IMG/VR virus record: IMGVR_UViG_3300046168_000009
Strand: one strand, 5' to 3'
Source: an uncultured virus (IMG/VR IMGVR_UViG_3300046168_000009)
Taxonomy: Duplodnaviria > Heunggongvirae > Uroviricota > Caudoviricetes > Crassvirales
DNA: 20,000 nt
The notes under the pieces are model-generated. The model saw only the letters and a list, made by a program, of their open reading frames with translations, did not search any database and was not told the DNA's origin. Made by a program: the position numbers and the translations under genes. The first letter of the stretch is position 1. Every line of letters begins with the position of its first letter. Shown piece after piece: positions 1 to 8,885 of the stretch.

Positions 1-1
1 A

Positions 2-2314
2 GATGTTCTAGATGTTAAGTCTAGAGTACAAATAGCTAGAGTTAAGTTTCAAAAAGATTTAGACTTTGAGTTTAATAAAATGATTGAACGAAACAAAGGC
101 GTAAAAGCAGAAGCTAGATATTCTCAAGTTGTAGCTCAAAGACTAGGTAAAAATAAGAAAAGATTTAATTTGTTTTTACCGCCATCAGCAGAAGACTTTA
201 AAGGTTTAACATCTTACATGTTTGCTGGTAAAGGTAAGCAAGGTGAAATGGATCAAGACTTTTTTGATAAAGCTTTAATAAGACCTTACACCTCAGCTGT
301 TGCGGCTATAGAAACTGCCAAGCAAAGAGTATCTAATGATTATAGAAACTTGATGGCTAACTTTCCTGAAATTAAAAAAGTATTAAGAAGCAAAATACCA
401 GGTGAGCAATTTACTTATGACGAAGCTGTTAGGGTTTATTTATGGGATCAAGCTGATTTTGAAATACCAGGTATATCTAATAGAGATAGAAACATACTAA
501 CTAAAATAGTAAGAGAAGATCCTAACTTGCAATCATTTGCTGATGGAATTCTTTTGATTACTAAAAAAGATACTTATGTTGAACCTCCTACTTATTGGCA
601 AGGCCAAACAATACTTGGTGATTTAAATACTATAACAACAAAAGTAAATAGAGCAGAGTATCTATCTGAGTTTAATGAGAATGTAGATGTAATATTTAGC
701 GAACAAAACTTAACTAAAATAGAAGCTGTATACGGTTCTAGAGTTAGAGAGTCTTTAGAAAATATTATATGGAGAATGAAAAATGGAACCAATAGACCAA
801 AAGGTAGTGACAGGCAGACAAACGCTTGGATGAATTGGTTGAATAGATCCATAGGTGCTATAATGTTTTTTAATAGAAGATCAGCTTTACTACAGTTAAT
901 ATCTAGTGTTAACTTTATAAACTGGTCTGACAATAATCCTTTTATGGCTGGTAAAGCTTTTGCAAATCAAAATCAATACTGGTCTGACGTAGTAATGTTA
1001 TTTAATTCTGATAAATTAAAGCAACGTAGAGCTGGTTTAAAAGGTGATATTAATGAAGCTGAAATTGCAGCTGCAGTTAAAGGTTCTAAAAACAAAATGA
1101 GTACCTTTATAAGTATATTATTAAGAAACGGTTTTGTATTTACTCAAGTAGCAGATAGTGTGGCTATAGCAACTGGTGGTGCAACATTTTATAGAAACAG
1201 AATTAATACGTATAAAAAACAAGGGCTAAGTCAAACAGAGGCAGAGACCAAAGCATTTGAAGATTTTTCTAGAACATCTGAAGAATCTCAGCAGTCAGCA
1301 GATCCCTCTATGATATCACAGCAGCAAGCTGGTATGTTAGGTAGGTTTTTACTTAACTTTCAAAACACACCTATGCAGTACACGAGGTTGATGAAAAAAG
1401 CTGGACTTGATTTGGTGAACGGTAGAGGCGATGCTAAAACTAATATATCAAAAATAGTTTACTACGGTATAGTTCAGAATTTAATATTCTCAACATTACA
1501 AAACGCCTTGTTTGCTATGATACCTGGCTTTGATGAACCAGACGATGAGCTAACTGAAGAAGAACAGTTAAAAAAATACGGTGAAGTATTAAGTAAAAAA
1601 GAAGATAGAATAGCAAATAGTATGATAGATACTATATTAAGAGGTTCTGGTGTAGGTGGAGCTGTTATATCTACTATTAAAAACGCTATAAGAAGATATA
1701 ACTTTGAAGAAAAGAAAGGGTTTACAGCTGATCATACATACACGGTATTAGAGCTTGCAAATTTATCTCCAGCGTTAGGGTCTAAATTAAGAAAAATTTA
1801 TTCTGCTATACAAACAAAGAAGTTTGAAAGAGATGTTATAGCTGAAAAAGGATTTAGTGTTACAATTGATGGTAGATTTCAATTAAGCCCGTCATATCAA
1901 GTTGTTGGTAGTGTAGTTTCTGGAGCTGCTAATATACCAATGGATAGAATGGTTGCAGAGATAAATGCTATTACAGAAGCTTTTGATAATAGAAATACTA
2001 TATACCAAAGAGTAGCTTTAGCTTTAGGATTCAGAACATGGGATGTTAATTCTAAAATAGAAGAATTTGATTTAATAAAAGCAGATGCTAAAATTCGTAG
2101 AAAAGAAGAAGGTAAAATAAAAGCTAAAGAAACTAGAAAAAGAAAAGCTCAAGAAAAAGCAAGACTTAAAAAACTAGAAGAAGAAAAATACAATAACATG
2201 AGTGAGGATCAAAAGTTAGAGTATGATCTTAAGAAGGACAAAGAGTTTCAAGAAAAAATAGATAGCGCTATAGAAAAAGCTATGGAAAAACTAGATAAAC
2301 TTTATAACGAATGA
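2..2314 (+). CDS. C-terminal part of a very large phage protein (probably a virion/ejection protein); 5'-truncated by the window
   Basis: The frame of ORF 80..2314 is open from position 2 (DVLDVKSRVQIARVKF...MIERNKG). It is largely helical with a K/E-rich coiled-coil tail and lies directly upstream of the endolysin. Function is inferred from size and context only. Confidence 0.6.
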   Translation, partial: DVLDVKSRVQIARVKFQKDLDFEFNKMIERNKGVKAEARYSQVVAQRLGKNKKRFNLFLPPSAEDFKGLTSYMFAGKGKQGEMDQDFFDKALIRPYTSAVAAIETAKQRVSNDYRNLMANFPEIKKVLRSKIPGEQFTYDEAVRVYLWDQADFEIPGISNRDRNILTKIVREDPNLQSFADGILLITKKDTYVEPPTYWQGQTILGDLNTITTKVNRAEYLSEFNENVDVIFSEQNLTKIEAVYGSRVRESLENIIWRMKNGTNRPKGSDRQTNAWMNWLNRSIGAIMFFNRRSALLQLISSVNFINWSDNNPFMAGKAFANQNQYWSDVVMLFNSDKLKQRRAGLKGDINEAEIAAAVKGSKNKMSTFISILLRNGFVFTQVADSVAIATGGATFYRNRINTYKKQGLSQTEAETKAFEDFSRTSEESQQSADPSMISQQQAGMLGRFLLNFQNTPMQYTRLMKKAGLDLVNGRGDAKTNISKIVYYGIVQNLIFSTLQNALFAMIPGFDEPDDELTEEEQLKKYGEVLSKKEDRIANSMIDTILRGSGVGGAVISTIKNAIRRYNFEEKKGFTADHTYTVLELANLSPALGSKLRKIYSAIQTKKFERDVIAEKGFSVTIDGRFQLSPSYQVVGSVVSGAANIPMDRMVAEINAITEAFDNRNTIYQRVALALGFRTWDVNSKIEEFDLIKADAKIRRKEEGKIKAKETRKRKAQEKARLKKLEEEKYNNMSEDQKLEYDLKKDKEFQEKIDSAIEKAMEKLDKLYNE

Positions 2315-2736
2315 GAACGATAAATAAAATAATAGTACACTGTTCAGCTACACAAGAAGGTAGAGATTTAGATGCTGCAGAGATAAATCGTTGGCATTTA
2401 AAAAGAGGCTGGAACGGTATAGGTTACCATTATGTAGTTTTATTAGACGGTACTATAGAGTATGGTCGTAGTATATACAAACAAGGCGCTCATGTTAAAG
2501 GTGAAAATGAAGGTTCTATAGGAATTTGCTATATTGGAGGCGTTGAATCAGAGCGTGGGTCTAATGGCAAATGGATTGCTAAAGATACTAGAACACCAGA
2601 ACAAAAAGAAAGTTTATTATTGTTAATTAAAACATTAAAGAAGATGCATGTAGAAGCTACAATACATGGCCACAACGAGTTTGCGGCGAAGAGCTGCCCG
2701 TGTTTCGATGCTAATAAAGAATACTGTAATATATAA
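2311..2736 (+). CDS. N-acetylmuramoyl-L-alanine amidase endolysin (T7 lysozyme/Amidase_2 family)
   Basis: Motifs IIVHCSAT, IGYHY, GAHVKG, SIGICYIGG and GHNE...KSCPCF contain the His/His/Cys zinc ligands of T7-lysozyme-type amidases. ATGA overlap with the upstream gene. Confidence 0.93.
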   Translation: MRTINKIIVHCSATQEGRDLDAAEINRWHLKRGWNGIGYHYVVLLDGTIEYGRSIYKQGAHVKGENEGSIGICYIGGVESERGSNGKWIAKDTRTPEQKESLLLLIKTLKKMHVEATIHGHNEFAAKSCPCFDANKEYCNI

Positions 2737-2746
2737 ATATTAAAAA

Positions 2747-3034
2747 ATGGCTTATAAAGTAAAAGGACCTGCTATAAAAGAAAAAGCTTACGAAAAGCAA
2801 AACAGGAAAATGCGTAAAGATTATACTGCTGAAACTGGTAAAAAACTAGGATCAAGACAAACGTCTGGAACTGGAAAGCGTAGAGTTTCTTTTGCTTGTA
2901 GATTTGCTGGTATGGCAGGCGCAATGAAAGATGCTAAAGGCGAACCAACTAAAAAAGCAATGGCTTTAAAAAAATGGGGGTTTGGTAGTGTTGCAGCTGC
3001 TAGAACTTTTTGTAATAAACACAAAGAAAAATGA
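2747..3034 (+). CDS. small basic phage protein, DUF6321-like
   Basis: RRVSFACRFAGM...KDAKGEPTKKAMALKKWG resembles the recalled DUF6321 pattern (RRKSFCARM...ALRKW). Confidence 0.6.
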   Translation: MAYKVKGPAIKEKAYEKQNRKMRKDYTAETGKKLGSRQTSGTGKRRVSFACRFAGMAGAMKDAKGEPTKKAMALKKWGFGSVAAARTFCNKHKEK

Positions 3035-3585
3035 GAGATAAAATTAGAGGAATAAAAGGATTCCATATGGGTGCGGCTAATCCTACACCACTAGATGAAC
3101 TCAGAAGAAAAGATGCGCCTAGAGGTAGTCAAGCTACTATATCCGCTCCTACACCTGAAGATAGTACTTGGCAACAATTTAAAACCTTTGTTAGTAATCC
3201 GTTTGATGGCACTAGAGCTTTGGTAAACGAGGCAAGAGGAGATATAAGAGAAGCTTTTGGTTTAAGTGATCAAGGCGATAGAGATGGAGTTTATGGTAGT
3301 CTTACTAATTTAAGAAGAGCTAATGACTCGGAAGACCAACAAACTAAACAAGCTTTGAATAGATCAAGCACTTTTAATTCTATTTCTTCTATGGTACCAG
3401 CTGCTTTAACGGCTCAAACAGTTTCTGATGCTATTAGTGGTGATGTTGCTGCATTAGCTACTAAAAAATTAAACAAAATACCTGGTGTAAAACAAGTAAT
3501 TAAAAATCCAAAGATAGCTAAAGATGTAGCTAAAACCGCCTACAACACCTTAAAAACAAATAAAAACGTAGTAAGTAAAACATAA
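3031..3585 (+). CDS. hypothetical protein (late module)
   Basis: 184-aa ORF with an ATGA overlap upstream and a TAATG overlap downstream. Confidence 0.75.
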   Translation: MRDKIRGIKGFHMGAANPTPLDELRRKDAPRGSQATISAPTPEDSTWQQFKTFVSNPFDGTRALVNEARGDIREAFGLSDQGDRDGVYGSLTNLRRANDSEDQQTKQALNRSSTFNSISSMVPAALTAQTVSDAISGDVAALATKKLNKIPGVKQVIKNPKIAKDVAKTAYNTLKTNKNVVSKT

Positions 3586-3746
3586 TGGATATACAACAAC
3601 TTAAACTCTACTTAATCAACGGATCAACTTTGGGCGTAACAACATTTACTAAAATAGAAATGGGATTAAAAATAGTTCTTTTACTAGTCACTATAGGCTA
3701 TACTATATCAAAATGGAAAGAAATTAATAACAAAAAAAATAAATAA
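3585..3746 (+). CDS. small membrane protein, holin-like (53 aa; not in the ORF track)
   Basis: Translates as MDIQQLKLYLINGSTLGVTTFTKIEMGLKIVLLLVTIGYTISKWKEINNKKNK, with hydrophobic segment(s) and a basic C-terminal tail. It is translationally coupled and lies near the endolysin. Confidence 0.6.
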   Translation: MDIQQLKLYLINGSTLGVTTFTKIEMGLKIVLLLVTIGYTISKWKEINNKKNK

Positions 3747-3749
3747 ATT

Positions 3750-3890
3750 ATGGGAAAATTATTAGTAAAACTAGGATTATGGATGCAAGCTTGTTGGTTA
3801 AAGCTAATGTGCAAATGGAATTGGTTAGTATCTAAATTAATTGTAGATGTTAAAGATTGTCCAGTAGCAAAATGCGTTTGTAAGAAATAA
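3750..3890 (+). CDS. 46-aa Cys/Trp/Lys-rich amphipathic peptide (not in the ORF track)
   Basis: Translates as MGKLLVKLGLWMQACWLKLMCKWNWLVSKLIVDVKDCPVAKCVCKK and fills the gap between neighbours, with 3-bp and 2-bp spacers. Confidence 0.65.
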   Translation: MGKLLVKLGLWMQACWLKLMCKWNWLVSKLIVDVKDCPVAKCVCKK

Positions 3891-3892
3891 AT

Positions 3893-4243
3893 ATGAAAAG
3901 TATAAACCGTTTAAGGGGAGCAGCTAAAAGAGGCGCGGCTAATAAGTATAGTAATTTTGCACAAACTATACAAAGCGCTATTAGCGCTATGCCAGGAATG
4001 TCACCAACTCCTTTTGCTAGCGAAATTCCATTTTCTACTGAAATATCTGTAGAAGATAGACAAAAGCTTAATGATAAAGCAGACATACAAGTTGGAATAA
4101 ATAACATAGAAGATGTTATGAAAAATGAAGACAACTATAGAAAAAGTGGTAAAATGAAAGGTAAGGCTAAAAGAGAAATTAGAAAAAATCAAAGAGAAAT
4201 AAAGCCTAAAAGAGAAGAATATAGAAAAAAATATGATGAATAA
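3893..4243 (+). CDS. hypothetical protein with a basic C-terminus
   Basis: 116-aa ORF, last gene before the terminator. Confidence 0.65.
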   Translation: MKSINRLRGAAKRGAANKYSNFAQTIQSAISAMPGMSPTPFASEIPFSTEISVEDRQKLNDKADIQVGINNIEDVMKNEDNYRKSGKMKGKAKREIRKNQREIKPKREEYRKKYDE

Positions 4244-4289
4244 GGAACAAAGATAACTGGGCGTACCATACCCAAAAGTTCCTGTAACC

Positions 4290-4326
4290 GAAGGGGATCT
4301 CAAACGAGGTCCCCTTCATTGTTTTT
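4290..4326 (+). terminator. intrinsic terminator between convergent modules (possibly bidirectional)
   Basis: 12-bp stem GAAGGGGATCTC-aaac-GAGGTCCCCTTC (one G-U pair) followed by ATTGTTTTT, at the junction of the + and - strand operons. Confidence 0.8.
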
Positions 4327-6043
4327 ATCCGTCACAGGCAATACAATCTTCACTCATAGCTTGTTGTGCTATATCACCTCTAAGCACTGATTCAGTTCTA
4401 GTATAATATAAAGTTTTAATACCTTTTTTCCATGCTTCAAAATGTACTTTGTTAATCCACTTTGGTGTTGCTATACTAGGAAAAGCCAGGTTCAAGCTAA
4501 CAGACTGATCTACATATTGCTGTCTCAGTCCAGCTTGATTAACTAATTCTAGTTGATTAATCTCCTTAAAAGTTTTAAATACCTCCTTTGCGGGTGTTTC
4601 GTGCGCCAACACAACATCATCAAGCTCAGCAATATTTTGCACACTACCACCATCAGCCATGATCTTATCCCACGTTTCATTGTTATTTATTTTAAGTTTT
4701 CTAAGTAGTTTTACTAGCGTCGGGTTTTTCCTAATGAAAGTCCCTTTTGCACTTTGCTCTGTAAAAACATTTGCAGCCCACGGCTCAATACCAGGCGAAA
4801 CATTTCCACTAAGCTTACTATTGCTAACAGTAGGAGCAACAGCACGTAAATGAGTATTACGTAGACCAGTTCCAGAACACCACAAAGGTTCTCCGTAAGT
4901 TTCTGCAAGTGCCATACTAGCCCTTTCGCTTTCAATTTTAATCTGACTAAAGATTTTCCTAGTTTCAAACTGAGCAAGTAAACCTTCGAACGATATACCT
5001 TTTTCTTGTAGGTATGTGTGCCAGCCCAAAATTCCCAAGCCAAGCGCTCTTCCTTTCGTAGCTGACCTAACCGCGTTTTCAAAGCCTCGTAAGCCTTTAG
5101 CTCTTTGTATAAATTCTTCCATGACCCCGTCAAGAAACCATATACTGTCGTAAATAAGGTTTGTGCCTTTCCACTCTTCATATTTTGCTAAATTTAATGA
5201 TGATAAACAACACACAAAACTATGATTCTCATCTGTATGTAGTGTTATTTCTGAACATATGTTAGTCATATGTACTTTTAATCCATTTTCTTTATAAGCT
5301 TTAGGATTCTTTTTGTTAACATTCCCTTTAAACATAATATACGGCTCGCCAGTTGATTTTCGCTTTCTAAGTAATTTACTCCATCTATTTCTAGCTGCAG
5401 CATCTCCTTGTTCAAGCTTACGCATAAACTTGTCACCAACAATTGCGCATTGATGTAAGTTAAGCGATTGTCTGTTAACATCTCCTTTAGGCTCTCTGAT
5501 TTCAAGCCACTCTTCGAAATCGTCGTGTTCAATGTTAATATTAACTGATGCAGCTCCTCGTCTAACTGATCCTTGATTAGTTGCAAGGATTGTTGAGTCG
5601 TATATTTTGCAGAAAGGTACAACTCCGTCTGATGTTCCATTTCCTGTTATTCTAGCGCCGGCGGGTCTTATTTGATTTATACCGATACCAACTCCACCGC
5701 CGTGCTTAGCGAGTAGCATCATCTCTAAGTTTTTTTGTCCAATATCTTGTATAGAATCAGCCACATCGATACCAAAACAGCTAATAGGTAAGCCACGATC
5801 AGTACCTGTATTGGACAACACAGGACTAGCCAAGCAAAGCCAACCGTTCCAAATATAATCAAAAAAGGTCTGAGCCATTTCAGGCTTGTATAATCTTCTA
5901 GCCACAGTTTTAGCAACACGCATGTAAGCATCACGTGGCGTTTCATCTTGTAGTAAGTATCCACCAGATATTGTTTTTTTATAGACTTCTGTATTTCCCC
6001 ATACTGGGTAGTCTTCTCCTTTAATCCATTCATTATTCCACAT
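4325..6043 (-). CDS. nrdA: class I ribonucleotide reductase alpha subunit (compact, no ATP cone)
   Basis: Motifs ASPVLSN, ISCF, TNICSEI (NxCxE radical site), VCCLSS, TLYY and a C-terminal CIAC. The likely start is MWNNEW at 6043 (TAATG coupling), giving 572 aa. Confidence 0.95.
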   Translation of the reverse strand: MWNNEWIKGEDYPVWGNTEVYKKTISGGYLLQDETPRDAYMRVAKTVARRLYKPEMAQTFFDYIWNGWLCLASPVLSNTGTDRGLPISCFGIDVADSIQDIGQKNLEMMLLAKHGGGVGIGINQIRPAGARITGNGTSDGVVPFCKIYDSTILATNQGSVRRGAASVNINIEHDDFEEWLEIREPKGDVNRQSLNLHQCAIVGDKFMRKLEQGDAAARNRWSKLLRKRKSTGEPYIMFKGNVNKKNPKAYKENGLKVHMTNICSEITLHTDENHSFVCCLSSLNLAKYEEWKGTNLIYDSIWFLDGVMEEFIQRAKGLRGFENAVRSATKGRALGLGILGWHTYLQEKGISFEGLLAQFETRKIFSQIKIESERASMALAETYGEPLWCSGTGLRNTHLRAVAPTVSNSKLSGNVSPGIEPWAANVFTEQSAKGTFIRKNPTLVKLLRKLKINNNETWDKIMADGGSVQNIAELDDVVLAHETPAKEVFKTFKEINQLELVNQAGLRQQYVDQSVSLNLAFPSIATPKWINKVHFEAWKKGIKTLYYTRTESVLRGDIAQQAMSEDCIACDG

Positions 6044-6321
6044 TATGAAAAATATAATATTATGTAGGCAATCGCTACGTTTAAATTTACAAACACTAAG
6101 TTCCACTGTTTAGCCACAAACACTTGAGGTATTGAAATAACACCTGCTATAATATATGTTATCATACCTCTCTCATCAGGTAATAAATGAGGACTAGTCA
6201 TCATAAAAGCAGTTCCCATATACCCTAATCTATTGGCTAATCTTTCAGCCGGACTTAACTTCCTCTGTTTTACTAGGTTTTTCAACCACATCCTTTTTAA
6301 GCTCTTCGATTGCTTTTTCAT
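6043..6321 (-). CDS. small multi-pass membrane protein
   Basis: About 3 hydrophobic segments (LGYMGTAFMM; MITYIIAGVISIPQVFV; LVFVNLNVAIAYIILYF), coupled to nrdA. The start is uncertain because it overlaps the upstream ORF. Confidence 0.6.
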   Translation of the reverse strand: MKKQSKSLKRMWLKNLVKQRKLSPAERLANRLGYMGTAFMMTSPHLLPDERGMITYIIAGVISIPQVFVAKQWNLVFVNLNVAIAYIILYFS

Positions 6322-6460
6322 ACCCAGGCATTTTTTTAATTGTTTCTAATGTTCCTATTGCTAGGTCTTTTACTTGTGTTATTTCGTTAAGAAGATGCTG
6401 TGTCACCCTTACAACCGCATCCATCTTGTTTTTCATCTCTATTAGTTTTGATTCTTTCAT
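6245..6460 (-). CDS. hypothetical coiled-coil protein
   Basis: 71-aa ORF (MKESKLIEMKNK...) in operon orientation. Confidence 0.65.
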   Translation of the reverse strand: MKESKLIEMKNKMDAVVRVTQHLLNEITQVKDLAIGTLETIKKMPGYEKAIEELKKDVVEKPSKTEEVKSG

Positions 6461-7106
6461 GTGGTTTTAATATTTTGTTACTTAATACAAATTTGTTTTT
6501 TGCGTTTTTAAATCCATGAAATGCTACTTGCCTAGGTCCTACTAGTTTTTTTAACTTGTAAAACATAACTAACACTTCTCTGCTTTCTTTAAATTCATTA
6601 GGATATTTGCTATGAAAATAATTACAAGGATAGGATATTAGTCTATTTTGTTTGTGGCCTATAACAGACTTTAAATCCCATTTTGATGTATCATTAGAAT
6701 CAGACATTAAAAGCTTGTTAAAGTCATCTGTAGAACCTCCTGGGTATGTATCTCCAAGATCTTTATGAGACCAAAAAGCTGTACCGTTTAATTCTTTGTT
6801 TTTATTTTTAGACAAATATAGAACTATAGCTTTCTCAGGTTGTTGGCCTTCTATTATCGTGTCATTATGTATACGCCAGTCATTATCTTGCCCTTCTTTA
6901 GCTTGTCTAAAAAAACATAATATATTTTCAACTTGTCTATTTTCTATATATGATATTTTATTTACCATGTAATCTACTAAAAGGCTGTGAGGTTCTTTTA
7001 CCCAAAAAGATTTACCAGGAGTTTTTACCTCCTGATAATCTCTATTATCTAACAACAATGTGTCTAAAAGTTCTTTTTCTAAAAAATTATCTTCTATGTA
7101 AATCAT
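6387..7106 (-). CDS. 2OG-Fe(II) dioxygenase superfamily protein (DUF6445-like)
   Basis: N-terminal IEDNFL, HxD motif WRIHND, AIVLYL, NGTAFW, NRLISY, distal His in YFHS and a 2OG-binding Arg in SREVLVMF. Confidence 0.8.
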   Translation of the reverse strand: MIYIEDNFLEKELLDTLLLDNRDYQEVKTPGKSFWVKEPHSLLVDYMVNKISYIENRQVENILCFFRQAKEGQDNDWRIHNDTIIEGQQPEKAIVLYLSKNKNKELNGTAFWSHKDLGDTYPGGSTDDFNKLLMSDSNDTSKWDLKSVIGHKQNRLISYPCNYFHSKYPNEFKESREVLVMFYKLKKLVGPRQVAFHGFKNAKNKFVLSNKILKPHERIKTNRDEKQDGCGCKGDTASS

Positions 7107-7223
7107 TTATTTTATTTCTTCTTTTTTAATAGATTTATATACTCCATTCCAATTAAGGTCTTTATATATATCTTCATTTGTTATTTCTATTTTACCAAAT
7201 GTCTTCGAAGTCTTCTCCTTCAT
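7107..7223 (-). CDS. possible 38-aa hypothetical protein
   Basis: 3' part of track ORF 7107..7379 starting at MKEKTSK. It abuts the oxygenase start and fills the gap after nrdB. Confidence 0.35.
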   Translation of the reverse strand: MKEKTSKTFGKIEITNEDIYKDLNWNGVYKSIKKEEIK

Positions 7224-8160
7224 TAGCTTTTGAGTAATCAGTCGGCCTAATAGCGAAAAAATCAGTATGAGTGACGCCCCCGGTAAGATGATAAAACCAA
7301 TCAAGATTAGCTGCTGCTTCCTGGTCATACGAGAAATATGATCCAAGATCGATATAACCAAGTTCTGTAAGTTTTTCATTTGTTCTTTTTCTTATAAATT
7401 GTTTTAAGTCATTTGCTTTAATGCCTTCAATGTCACCCATCTCAAACATTTTATCTATATACTTTTCTTCTAAAGTTACCATAGCTTCTGCAGCCGTAAT
7501 TACATCTGCTCTACAATCAGCTAATAAAAACGCATCCTCTTGGCACATGTGCTTAAACAATTGACAACCCATTTTACTGTGTAAGCTTTCATCTCTTACA
7601 GACCATTTCATTTGTTGCCCGATACCCTTAAGTAGATTTCGAAGCTGAAAACTATACAACACTGCAAAAGCACTATACAAGCTAACTCCTTCAGCGAAGG
7701 CTGAAAATACAGCCAAGCTTTTCGCAATGCCAACAGTATTATTACCGTCGTAAGCAACCAAATTATCAAATCTTTCAGCCGTTGCTGGTTCATGAAGAAA
7801 TGCTTCATAGTCTTCTAGTTTTAAAGTTTCATTTAAATAGCTATATGCTACAGCGTGTACAGTTTCCTGCGATCCAAACATCATAGCCATTTGTTGTATT
7901 TCGTGTTTAGGAAACCAACCAACTACCTTCTGTGTCCAGTAATCAGAAACCGCGCACTCCGTCTGCGCGAAGCCGAGCAATATATTGCCGACCAAATTCT
8001 TTTCTTTATCATTTAATTTTTCTTTCCAATCTTTTATATCACTCTGCATTGAGATTTCAGTATGTAACCAAAATGCTTGTGCTTGTTTTAACCAACCTTC
8101 TGTATAATACTCAGGATAATCAAATGGTTTGTACGCTATGCGCTCATCAAATAATCCCAT
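7192..8160 (-). CDS. nrdB: class I ribonucleotide reductase beta subunit
   Basis: FWLHTE, metal ligands E68, E99/H102 (ETVH), E157 (FAEG) and E191/H194 (DESLH), radical-position Y106, and C-terminal TDY. Confidence 0.95.
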   Translation of the reverse strand: MGLFDERIAYKPFDYPEYYTEGWLKQAQAFWLHTEISMQSDIKDWKEKLNDKEKNLVGNILLGFAQTECAVSDYWTQKVVGWFPKHEIQQMAMMFGSQETVHAVAYSYLNETLKLEDYEAFLHEPATAERFDNLVAYDGNNTVGIAKSLAVFSAFAEGVSLYSAFAVLYSFQLRNLLKGIGQQMKWSVRDESLHSKMGCQLFKHMCQEDAFLLADCRADVITAAEAMVTLEEKYIDKMFEMGDIEGIKANDLKQFIRKRTNEKLTELGYIDLGSYFSYDQEAAANLDWFYHLTGGVTHTDFFAIRPTDYSKANEGEDFEDIW

Positions 8161-8306
8161 TACTTATATATTTCTAAAGCTATGTCAATAAAAGGTATAT
8201 ACATAACGTGTGTATCTTGTTTTTCTTCATTATAAGATCTTATTCCAAATAATATACCTGGGTAAAACCCAAATGACAAACTCCAATTTTTTATTTCTTT
8301 ATCCAT
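8160..8306 (-). CDS. 48-aa hypothetical protein (not in the ORF track)
   Basis: Translates as MDKEIKNWSLSFGFYPGILFGIRSYNEEKQDTHVMYIPFIDIALEIYK, with TAATG coupling to nrdB. Confidence 0.65.
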   Translation of the reverse strand: MDKEIKNWSLSFGFYPGILFGIRSYNEEKQDTHVMYIPFIDIALEIYK

Positions 8307-8472
8307 AGCATTTTATTCCATGTTTATTTTGTATCTCTACAAGCTCTTTGTAGATAACTTTATTCCTGTTTTCAAAACTCCATTTCCACCACGTATCTAT
8401 TTTACGTTCAGCGTATTTTTGTCTTGCAATTACTTTCGCGAGGTTAGGATTAACCTTATTGTTTCGTCGCAT
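8299..8472 (-). CDS. 57-aa hypothetical protein (not in the ORF track)
   Basis: Translates as MRRNNKVNPNLAKVIARQKYAERKIDTWWKWSFENRNKVIYKELVEIQNKHGIKCYG and bridges the gap in the operon. Confidence 0.55.
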   Translation of the reverse strand: MRRNNKVNPNLAKVIARQKYAERKIDTWWKWSFENRNKVIYKELVEIQNKHGIKCYG

Positions 8473-8885
8473 TCTTTTTGATTTTGTGGTTTGTATAACG
8501 TAAAAGGACCTATTTTACTTTCTGACATTAGCTTTTTAAACATTTTCCATCTAAGTGGAAATGATTCATTTGCTCGGCCTTTGGTTTCTATTATAAAACC
8601 TTTACCTACAAAATCAGGTGTATATTTTATATTAAGTATTTTTTTATTACCTCTGTTTTTATAATCACCTTTACCATTTCCACAACGTTCAAACGATTCA
8701 AATGGAAAATCAAAAGCTTCTTGAAGTTCAAATGTTTCTCCCTCATACAAAGCTTTGATCTTAGCTTTTTTTAAAGCCATATACATATAACGTTCTAAAC
8801 CTGACGCAAAAGTTATACCATCATATGATATTTTTTTTGACTGTACTGGTCCACGTTTTTTCTTTTTATAAAACTTTTTCATCAT
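8430..8885 (-). CDS. T7 endonuclease I-like PD-(D/E)XK nuclease (Holliday junction resolvase/host DNA degradation)
   Basis: FASGLE...YE...YTPDF...IIETKG matches the T7 gp3 motifs (FRSGLE, YTPDF, ETKG). Confidence 0.85.
   Translation of the reverse strand: MMKKFYKKKKRGPVQSKKISYDGITFASGLERYMYMALKKAKIKALYEGETFELQEAFDFPFESFERCGNGKGDYKNRGNKKILNIKYTPDFVGKGFIIETKGRANESFPLRWKMFKKLMSESKIGPFTLYKPQNQKECDETIRLILTSRK

Noticed and set aside
2..2314. Virion RNA polymerase or another enzymatic call for the large protein
   Set aside because: No DxDxD catalytic or other diagnostic motif is visible in this C-terminal fragment.
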